A DNA stretch of 64,000 nucleotides from Thecamonas trahens ATCC 50062 (taxonomy: Eukaryota; Protista; Apusomonadida). Shown here in pieces: positions 54,198 to 64,000 of the stretch. Position 1 is the stretch's first letter; every line of letters starts with the position of its first letter. Made by a program: the position numbers and the translations under genes. The notes under the pieces were generated by a model, which searched no databases, had not been told where the DNA came from, and worked only from the letters and a program-made list of their open reading frames with translations. The stretch lies in assembly GCF_000142905.1 (NCBI RefSeq), contig NW_013657663.1:372001-436000 (forward strand). The letters run 5' to 3'.

Positions 54198-55722
54198 ATG
54201 ACGTCTGCTATGACGATTGAAGTCCTTCCTCAAGCAGTTTACGTAGGGATGATTCCCACAACACACATTTCTGTCGCTTCTCATGCGCTTACCCGTCTCC
54301 TTCTCCGTGCACGTCCCCATCCGTATGTTTGCAAGGGATGTCCCCAGTTCTACTGCATTTGCCTCGGCTCGCCCGAGCATAGCTACCCCCATCCATAGAG
54401 AGCAATTACTGTAGTCCCATCAGTATGCTACATAGTTGGCAATCACACTGCTTTTGTCGATATGATGGTCAGATGTGGTATTCAATCTTACTTACTCTTG
54501 GTGGATGTCTATGTATGTGTCTGCTGGCCCCGCTCTCCTCGACTCGCTTGTCGGCCTCGCTGTTCTTGACCACGTCATCCTCCTGTCATCGACGATGTAA
54601 TCCCGCGCTCTCGTCATCGGATGATGTGATCTGCGGTTTGATGGCTCTACTGGATTGTTGTGGTATGATGGACTCGTTGGCCACGTGTTGGGATGCTCGC
54701 TCTCGATCGGACGCGTGGTGGTGGTGTTGGGGCGTGGCATGGCTTTTGGTGTGGCTCGGATCGACAGCTCGCGGGTGGTGTGCATGACAAGGACAAGCGC
54801 GCATGATGGTCTCTCGCTGGTCCTGGATGAGGTTTCTGCGGTGGAGCTGCAGACCAAGTCGCCGACTGCGGCTGCGGTTGTGGCTCTGGATCCGTGTTCC
54901 TGGCGGCTGCTCGCCATCTCCGAGGGCTCGATGGGCGGCAACGTGTGTCTGTCTGTGGCCTCGATCTCGGCAGTGCTTGCAGGAGCAGGCATCTCCATCA
55001 TGGTGCTCTCGTCGTACTCGGGCGAGTACCTGTTGTTTCCGTCCGAGACCCAGGACGCGGTCATTGCCGCCATCGACGAGTCTGACTTGGGCGCAACGCT
55101 GCACATCCTTCCTGCGCACACTGTGAGTGGAGAGGCACTGGCAGTGCTGGCGGGTCTGGACATGGGGGCGTTTGCTGCTCCGGAAGCGTTCTCCGACACT
55201 GTGTCGGGCCGCTCGCCGGACCGGTCGTCGCCGCGGGAGAGCCTCGGCCATGCGCACACGCTCACGTTTGACACATTGACCATGGCGCGGATCGGCGGCA
55301 TTGCGTCGTCGTCTCTGCCGGTCATCCTTGCTCCGCTGCTGGATCTCTTTCTCTTTGCTGATGCCAGTAGCGACCGCCCGGTCCTCCTCTCGATGTTTGA
55401 TGTTGGTGGCGAGGTCTCGATTCTGGCCGACACCGAGTCTGCTAGCGAGCTCGAGGCTGCAGTGGAGGCTGCAGTTGGGGACAAGCGCGCCAGGGTAGTC
55501 CTCCGCATGTGGCGGGGCTCCTGGACGCCGATCCGCGTCGCCGAGACACTTGATCTGGTCGAGACCGGAGTGGTGGCCTCGCTCGCCGGCCCGCTTGCTG
55601 ACGCCGGCATCCACGCCATGTTCTACCACTCGACCTTTTTCACCGACTACACCATTGTGCGGCATGACGACATTGCAACTGCCAAGACTGTCCTCTCGGC
55701 CCGCCATCACATCCCAGAGTAA
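54198..55722 (+). CDS. CASTOR1: CASTOR/GATS-like four-ACT-domain protein; join(54198..54322,54768..55722)
   Basis: Exon 1 MTIEVLPQAVYV..HALTRLLL resembles the CASTOR N-terminus. ACT_7 motifs LAGAGISIMVLSSY and ETGVVASLAGPLADAGI..STFFTDYTIV. Phase-2 intron GTATGT..GACAG. Confidence 0.8.
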
Positions 55723-56019
55723 AGCCACAGATCGATCCCCAACCGGCTCACGCACGATCGCTCCAAGTGGCTGCTGACGATAGGCATGCATCTCTCGCAT
55801 GGCCAAGCACATCCATCTTCTCCGCCAGCCACAGTCTTGGCGATCATTGGATGATGGAGCTGTCTGCAGTGTTCATTGGCGACTTTGTAGCCAACTCGAA
55901 TGGATGGCCACCAATCGGTCCGGTCAGTCTACAGCGAGCAACGGTCGAGCGGTACAGTTTGAGCGGTTTGCGGCAGCGACGGCGGCAGGTTCGACCACTC
56001 GTCGTTTGCCGCAGCGGTC

Positions 56020-57519
56020 ATGGGGAACACCTTCAAGACGCCTTCCAAGGGCGAGCTTAAGCGACTGACTACGCGCAGTGCATGTACGTAATACCATGAA
56101 GAACAAGAGCATATTCATCATCATACTTTAGTGTGTGGCATTGAGAGTGAGAAAGTGTGTTGGTCCCCGTGGCTGCAGTGGGGGCTTTTGGTGTGTGGGT
56201 GTGGGTGTGTGGGGCGGGTGGGGCGAGTGGTGGTTTGGTCACCCTAGTCATGGTCATGTCTACCACAGCAAAGTGGTCACATGTTGAGTTCAGTGATAAT
56301 GGCATGTACTTGCTCTGGTGAATGTGCAGACTCTGGTTTGGTGGGTGGCTGGGTGGTGGGTGTAGGTGGAGAAGAAGTACGGAGGAAAAAGGTGTCTGGC
56401 CAGAGAGACCGTTTGCGTAGGCGCAAACGAGCCGTGGCGGCTTTTTCCCTTTGTCGTTGGTCATATATATATATATATATATATCGATGTTGGAGGTCTC
56501 GTCATGGGTCGATGGCGATGATAGTGCTGCTGCTGGTGATGGTGATAATGGCGATGGAAGTGTGGGAGGGTGACTGACGAGTTGGTGTTGTTGTGTGGGC
56601 ACGGTGACAGGCAACCGGAAGAACCTTGTGCAGGTGAAGGAGATGCTGAAGAAGGTGCAGAAGAAGCACGGCGGGGTGGACAAGGAGGCATGGACTCGGG
56701 CGTGGGCCGAGGCAGACGGATCGTTTGATGGCGAGTGGGTGGACCAGTTTTTCAAGGTGATGGACGTGCACGACACAGAGTGGCTCGACTACAAAGAGTA
56801 TGCCGTGTTCACGGCACTGACGGCGTTCCCCAACGCTGCGTTTATGGTCGACTACTGCTTCCGGGCCTTTGATCGCTCGGGTGACGGCACGCTTGACGAG
56901 GCCGAGCTGGGCGAGCTGATGAAGGCGGTGGTCCGGACGGCCAAGCGTCTGCAGTTTGCGCTGCCGGGCTTCAAGGGCAAGCTTGTCAAGCTTGAAGAGT
57001 CTGATGAGTCTGAGGAGTCTGACGACGAGTCGGGAGGCACGGGCAAGGGCAAGGGCAAGGGCAAGGCGAAGAAGGGCAAGAAGAAGAAGAAAAAGGGCAA
57101 GAAGAAGAAGGGTGTGCCCGACTTTAACCTCACGCTCAAGGAGGAGGCGCGCATCGAGTCGACGGCCGAGACGCTCTTTGTCGAGCTCGACACCGACCAG
57201 GACGGAGCGGTTGACTACAAGGAGTTTGCGGCGGGCAAGGACATGTCGCCGTCGGTCCGGCGCGCCGTCGCCTTCTTTATGACTATTGCCACCGCCATGC
57301 CCCAGGTCTCCGAGTCGGATGATAACGAGTCGGCGGACGATGACGGCAGTGATGCCAAGGGCGGCAAGAGCAAGGGTAAGGGCAAGAAGGGCAAGGGCAA
57401 GAAGGGCAAGAAGAGCAAGGGCAAGAAGAGCAAGGGCAAGGGCAAGAAGAGCAAGGGCAAGAAGAGCAAGGCCAGCGCTCCGAGCGGCGACGATGTTGAC
57501 GGTGCCGGTGCAGAATCTG

Positions 57520-57556
<37 letters not shown>

Positions 57557-57920
57557 TGGCAAGGCCAAGAGCAAGAAGAAGAAGGTCAAGAAGCGGACCA
57601 AGAAGCGGACGGTGGTGACCAAGACCGAGGTTGTCGAGTCTGGTGACGGGTCTGGCGACGGATCCGATTCTGGCGCGGGCAAGAAGAAGAAGAAAAAGAC
57701 CAAGAAGACCAAGAAGCGGGTCAAGAAGACGACCAAGGACAAGAGCGGCGAGGCTGGCTCGGGCTCGGGCTCGGGCTCGGGTTCGGGGACGACGACTAAG
57801 CGTCGCAAGCGGACCAAGAAGAAGCGGGTCAAGGTAAGCAAGGAGATCGACGATGACGGGACTGTGACCAAGAAGAAGCGCAGGAAGTCGGTCAAGAAGC
57901 GGCGCAAGGTGTCCAAGTGA
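56020..57920 (+). CDS. N-myristoylated EF-hand protein (recoverin/calcineurin-B-like) with Lys-rich insert and tail; join(56020..56083,56611..57920)
   Basis: MGNTFK start; donor GTACGT at 56084 and acceptor GACAG at 56610 (phase 1); EF loops DVHDTEWLDYKE, DRSGDGTLDEAE, DTDQDGAVDYKE. Confidence 0.82.
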
Positions 57921-57986
57921 AGCGCAGCGGACGAATAACACAGTGTCGAGCTGAGCTGATGCCAGATAGAGAAAGGCGGCTGGCGT

Positions 57987-59273
57987 TTACGGCGCCGGGG
58001 CAGGCGAGGTGGTGATCCAGGAGCCGACGGCCTCGGTGCCGCCGACGAGTGCACCGTCGACCCAGAACTGCGGAAAGGTGGCAAGGCCCGAGTAGGCTTT
58101 GAGCCGGTGGCGGACATCCCACGAAGAGAGGATGTCAAAGGAGGCGTAGTCGATACCGGCGTCGGCGAGAGCGGTGACGCACTTGCGCGAGAACTTGCAC
58201 CGCGGGCGGTCGGGCGTGCCCTTCATGAACAGCATCCGCGGCGCCGAGGCAATGACGGCGGCGATGTCGCCGTCGATCCGGGCCTGGCGTTCGAGCTCGG
58301 CGGCCTCCACGGCAGCGACGGCATCGTCCACGGAAAGCGCCGACCACGACTCGAGAGACCGCGGCTTGCCGCCGACAAAGACGGCGTCAGCGAGGCCAAG
58401 GCCCGGTGGGAGCAATTCGACGACGGCGGCCGCCTCGTGCGAGTCGGGCGCCACTGTGTGGACATGGGCGTCCGCGATGATTGCCACGGCTGACGAGAGC
58501 CCATCAGCAAAGACGACAACGGCATGGGTGGCCAGCGACTTGGCAACGGCACTCGCGGCATCAGCCTTGGCCTTGGCCTCATCGACCACGGCCTCTGCGC
58601 CCGGATACGGCGGCGGAGCCGGATCGGCGGAGCCGCAGCCGCCTCCCGATCCGCCAGCAGCAGCACACGCACATCCACCACCACTGCTTCCACCGCAGCA
58701 TCCCCCGGCAGCGGCAGCACTCTTCGTCACGCCAGCAGCCAGCAGCTGCTTCGCCTCTGCGAGCATGGGGGCGACGATGGCGACGCCCATGGCATTCCCC
58801 GCCTCTTCGGCAAGATCCGAGGCACGCTGGAGAGCAGCAACAGCCAGCTCCAAATCTGACCCGGAACTCCGAAGAAGGGAAAAGCCCAAACCCGAGAGGA
58901 CCATGCCCTCCTGGACCTGATCGCCAGCAGCACGAGCAGTGACGAGCGCAGCGGCAAAGGTATCCAGAGCGTGCTGACGTTCTTGGGGACCGGCCGCCCA
59001 CTGAGAGTTTGCCACTGCGACCAGACTTGCCACCAGCATTGATCCATCTTTTGTTGACAGTCTCACCGAAGCAGAATTACCACCATCATCATTCGTCATG
59101 GCCATACCCATGGCCCCCGAGCTAGTCATAGTGAGGAGCTCCATGGTCAGGTCAGGGACAAGGATGTTGTGCGCAACAAGGCAGTCTGTGAGGCATTGGT
59201 ATGCTTGTTGGCTCTCGTTCTTGGACACAAGCTCCTTGGCCCGGCTACTTGCTTCGCTAATGTTTGTGCTCAT
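57987..59273 (-). CDS. Monothiol glutaredoxin (Grx3/4/PICOT-type domain) fused to a TPR-like N-terminus and a Cys/Gly-rich linker
   Basis: MLFMKGTPDRPRCKFSR, FDIL..VRHRLKAYS..TFPQ..VDGALVGG. Confidence 0.8.
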   Translation of the reverse strand: MSTNISEASSRAKELVSKNESQQAYQCLTDCLVAHNILVPDLTMELLTMTSSGAMGMAMTNDDGGNSASVRLSTKDGSMLVASLVAVANSQWAAGPQERQHALDTFAAALVTARAAGDQVQEGMVLSGLGFSLLRSSGSDLELAVAALQRASDLAEEAGNAMGVAIVAPMLAEAKQLLAAGVTKSAAAAGGCCGGSSGGGCACAAAGGSGGGCGSADPAPPPYPGAEAVVDEAKAKADAASAVAKSLATHAVVVFADGLSSAVAIIADAHVHTVAPDSHEAAAVVELLPPGLGLADAVFVGGKPRSLESWSALSVDDAVAAVEAAELERQARIDGDIAAVIASAPRMLFMKGTPDRPRCKFSRKCVTALADAGIDYASFDILSSWDVRHRLKAYSGLATFPQFWVDGALVGGTEAVGSWITTSPAPAP

Positions 59274-59412
59274 GATGTGAGTCGCGTGTGATGGGGTGTT
59301 GGGATGTATATGTGTGGGTGTGAGAGGGGGGTGGGAGGTGGTGGGGGTTGTGTGGTCAGTTGGTTGGTTGGCCAGCCGGTCGCGCTCTAGTCCCACCCCC
59401 CACTCCCCCCCC

Positions 59413-59512
59413 NNNNNNNNNNNNNNNNNNNNNNNNNNNNNNNNNNNNNNNNNNNNNNNNNNNNNNNNNNNNNNNNNNNNNNNNNNNNNNNNNNNNNNNN
59501 NNNNNNNNNNNN
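59413..59512. other. Assembly gap (N run)
   Basis: Run of n characters. Confidence 1.
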
Positions 59513-59841
59513 TCACTAGTCCCGACTAACCGTTTCCCTCCCCTCCCCCCCCCCCCCCCCCCCCCCACCCACCCCCTCCGCTCGTCAGCCATGTCGGCGG
59601 AGTTTGCGCGGCGGAATATCCCCATTGCCACTTGGGCCGTCTCACCCCCACTCACTCGCCCGAGACGGCGGCCTTTCACCATGCTCATTGTAGCGATACA
59701 CTCAACTTACGAGCAAGCAAGCAACCCAAGGTACACTCCTTGTTTTCCTCTACATTGCCAACTGTCTGTCTTGAGCAGAAACGTTCTTTTCTATCTCTGG
59801 CTGGCTGTACCGTAGCGGCTTGTCTGGGGGGACAGGGGTAG

Positions 59842-61095
<1,254 letters not shown>

Positions 61096-61892
61096 GCCTG
61101 ACCCTACCTCCAAACCCCCTGTGCATCCGAGTATGGGGACATCCGTCATCAAACGTCAGACAACAAACAGTCTCTCCTCCACCTTTACTCCTGCCTGCAT
61201 GTTTGGCGACGAAAAAACAACCAACACTGATCCGATAAGGGGAGGGGGGGGGGGGCGACGGGAGCCACGGTACGCGTGCGTGCAGTCAGGTCGACTCGTC
61301 ACGCACTGCAATTCCCCGGAAGCGTGAAAAAGGAGTCACCTTTCGTCTCGACATTCACTGTACGTGTTGGTGGCGTCGATCCCGAGTTGTGGTCTTGCTC
61401 CACACCTTCCCTCCCCTGCATGCATCCTTCCTCCTCTTCCTCCTTCTCCTCCTCCCATCATCGTCACGACCATTTTCTCTCTCTCTCCCCTCCACCTCTT
61501 TATCTACACTTTCCCCCTCAACCCGGCCCAGCTTCCACGCCACACATCCCCCCTTCTGGAGCTGCGCCTGGCGTGATGGCGAATTTCTTGCGAAAGCTGC
61601 TGCGCCTGACGGCCACCCGCCCAACGACGACCACCTTTTCTTGCCTTCACCGGCTGCATGCACCCCTGTACTTCCTCCCTCCACCCCCTTCCCTCCTTGC
61701 CTTCCTCCCTCCCCCCCCCTTCACACACACCTGGTCGCCTGACCTCTGTTCACCTGAACGTTTCGCCAAAACTGGGGAAAGCAGAATTTGACGGTGGCAG
61801 CTTTTTTTGGGTGGGCAAAACCAAACGGCAACGTCGACCGACCAATCACCCAGTCGCACACTCACACTCTTTCCCTTCAATCAACTACCCAG

Positions 61893-64000
61893 ATGTCGGC
61901 ACGTACGAACCGTCGCAACCGCAAGAACAAGAACGCCGGTGATGACGATGACAACGCCCGTGTCAAGTACAAGTGGGTGCATGATGACGTCGATGGCTTC
62001 TCGCTTGGCGAGGTGGTCGAGGATTCGGGCGACACGGTGAAGCTCCGTGTGCGCGGCGAGGAGGTGACGCTACCGGCGAGCGAGTTGTCGGCGGTGAACC
62101 CGCCGCGGTTCGACAAGGTTGACGACATGTCGTCGCTGACGCACCTGTCGGACGCCACGGTGCTGCACAACCTCAAGGAGCGGTACTTTGCCAACATGAT
62201 CTACACGTACTCGGGCCTCTTTTGCGTGGTCATCAACCCGTACAAGATCCTGCCCATCTACACGCAGGAGGTTGTCGACCGGTACAAGGGCAAGCGCCGG
62301 GCCGAGATCGAGCCGCACGTCTTCACCGTCGCCGACGAGGCGTACCGGTCAATGATGGAGGAGCGGCAGAACCAGTCGATGCTCATTACCGGTGAGTCTG
62401 GCGCCGGTAAGACGGTGAACACCAAGAAGGTGATCCAGTACTTGGCGGCCATTGCCGGGCGCATGTCGTCGGACGGCAAGCGTGGCGAGCTCGAGGAGCA
62501 GCTCATCCAGGCCAACCCGATTCTGGAGTCGTTTGGTAACGCCAAGACGATCCGTAACGACAACTCGTCGCGGTTTGGCAAGTTCATCGAGATTCAGTTC
62601 ACCTCGACCGGGCTCATTGCTGGAGGCGTCATCGACGTCTACCTGCTCGAGAAGTCGCGCATCGTGTACCAGGCCGACAACGAGCGCAACTTCCACATCT
62701 TCTACCACCTGCTCAAGGGAGCGCCGCAGGCCATCCGTGATGAGCTCCAGCTGACCCGCTGCGAGGACTACCGCTGGCTGCGCGAGGGCACGTACGATGT
62801 GCGCGGTATGGACGACACCGAGGGATACGAGGAGGTCGCCGAGGCGTGGGAGACCATGGGCGTGCCTATGGAGGAGGTCATGGTCACTTACCGGTGCGCC
62901 GCCGCCATCCTGCACCTCGGTAACGCGACTTTTACCCAGTCGCGCCGGTCCGAGGATGCGCAGGCCGACGACACCTGCCGCGCCGCGCTCGCCGCGGCGG
63001 AGCAGCTCCTCGGCCTCGCTGAGGGCTCGCTCGCCAAGGCTATCCTCAAGCCGCGGCTCAAGGCCGGTGGCGAGTGGGTTAACAAGTCGCGCTCGGCCGC
63101 CCAGGCCAAGTACGTTGTCGAGGCCCTTGCCAAGTCGCTTTACGACCGGCTCTTCCGCTACATTGTCGCCCGCATCAACGTCTCGCTCCAGAACAAGGAG
63201 ACCCGCGACCTGTTCATCGGCGTCCTCGACATTTCTGGGTTCGAGATCTTTGAGGTCAACTCTTTCGAGCAGCTCTGCATCAACTACACGAACGAGAAGC
63301 TCCAGCAGTTCTTCAACAACCACATGTTCAAGCTAGAGCAGGAGGAGTACATGCGCGAGCAGATCGAGTGGGACATGATCGACTTTGGTCTCGACCTCGA
63401 GCCCACCATTGCGCTCATCGAGCAGACGACCAACCCGTTCGGCATTCTCTCTATCCTTGACGAGCAGTGCTCGTTCCCCAAGGCGAGCGACGAGACCTTT
63501 GTCGACAAGCTCGCCGAGCTCCATGCCGACAAGCATCCCAAGTTTGAGCTGCCCAAGTTCTCCAAGACCAAGTTCACCATCAAGCACTACGCCGGCAACG
63601 TCGAGTACGATGTCGAGGACTGGCTCGAGAAGAACCGCGACAAGCTTGACGATCCCATTGCTGTTGTCATGCAGGACTCGACCGACAACTCGATCTCGGC
63701 CCTCTTTGACGACCTCAACCCGCCGCGCGAGGGCGTGGCCCTCAAGGCTGGCCGCGGCTCCAAGAAGGTCTCGCGGCCGTACATCTCACAGGCACACAAG
63801 ACTCAGCTGTTCTCGCTCATGTCCACCCTCCGCTCCACCACGCCGCACTTTATCCGCTGCATCAAGCCAAATGAGGAGAAGCGTCCCGGCCACATCGACG
63901 CCCACATGGTGCTCGACCAGCTGCGGTGCAACGGTGTGCTCGAGGGCATCCGCATTTGTCGCAAGGGCTTCCCCAACCGGCTGCAGTTCTCCGAGTTCCG
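61893..64000 (+). CDS. Myosin II heavy chain, N-terminal SH3-like and motor domains (runs off the window; absent from the ORF track)
   Basis: NPPRFDKVDDM, IYTYSGLFCVVINPYK, GESGAGKT, NDNSSRFGKFI, LDISGFEIF, EQEEYMREQIEWDMIDFGLDL, QLRCNGVLEGIRICRKGFPNR. Probable 5'-UTR intron 61360..61892. Confidence 0.95.
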   Translation, partial: MSARTNRRNRKNKNAGDDDDNARVKYKWVHDDVDGFSLGEVVEDSGDTVKLRVRGEEVTLPASELSAVNPPRFDKVDDMSSLTHLSDATVLHNLKERYFANMIYTYSGLFCVVINPYKILPIYTQEVVDRYKGKRRAEIEPHVFTVADEAYRSMMEERQNQSMLITGESGAGKTVNTKKVIQYLAAIAGRMSSDGKRGELEEQLIQANPILESFGNAKTIRNDNSSRFGKFIEIQFTSTGLIAGGVIDVYLLEKSRIVYQADNERNFHIFYHLLKGAPQAIRDELQLTRCEDYRWLREGTYDVRGMDDTEGYEEVAEAWETMGVPMEEVMVTYRCAAAILHLGNATFTQSRRSEDAQADDTCRAALAAAEQLLGLAEGSLAKAILKPRLKAGGEWVNKSRSAAQAKYVVEALAKSLYDRLFRYIVARINVSLQNKETRDLFIGVLDISGFEIFEVNSFEQLCINYTNEKLQQFFNNHMFKLEQEEYMREQIEWDMIDFGLDLEPTIALIEQTTNPFGILSILDEQCSFPKASDETFVDKLAELHADKHPKFELPKFSKTKFTIKHYAGNVEYDVEDWLEKNRDKLDDPIAVVMQDSTDNSISALFDDLNPPREGVALKAGRGSKKVSRPYISQAHKTQLFSLMSTLRSTTPHFIRCIKPNEEKRPGHIDAHMVLDQLRCNGVLEGIRICRKGFPNRLQFSEF

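Noticed and set aside
54409-54482. Possible microexons in the CASTOR intron (TAG|TCCCATCA|GTATGC and CAG|ATGTG|GTATTC)
   Set aside because: The direct splice is already in frame, and 8, 5 or 13 nt would break it. Unsupported without RNA data.

Overview
GC-rich, gene-dense eukaryotic DNA from a unicellular protist, with two N-gaps and no prokaryotic features. The gene content (myosin II, HAP40, CLN5, CASTOR, androglobin-like protein, FG-GAP receptor) and sparse GT-AG introns near 5' ends suggest an amorphean flagellate, possibly an apusomonad such as Thecamonas (inference). About 25 protein-coding genes are present: VPS53, HAP40/F8A1, an HSL-like hydrolase, CLN5, an androglobin-like protein, a UBAC2-like protein, HUWE1/Tom1, dynein light chain LC8, an LRR protein, RWDD1/Gir2, a giant FG-GAP multi-pass receptor, a class 3 lipase, USO1, PUS1, a syntaxin, a LicD protein, CASTOR, an EF-hand protein, a monothiol glutaredoxin fusion, ADH5 and myosin II, among others. 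The standout finding is the LC8 gene. It reconstructs to exactly 89 aa with two consecutive one-nucleotide exons (30392 and 30155), so one conserved Phe codon is assembled from three exons. Other highlights: an androglobin homolog apparently lacking the globin/IQ module, three -1 frameshifts at short homopolymers, and a 27-bp variant minisatellite upstream of a lipase. All family assignments come from recognising motifs by eye; no database searches were run.
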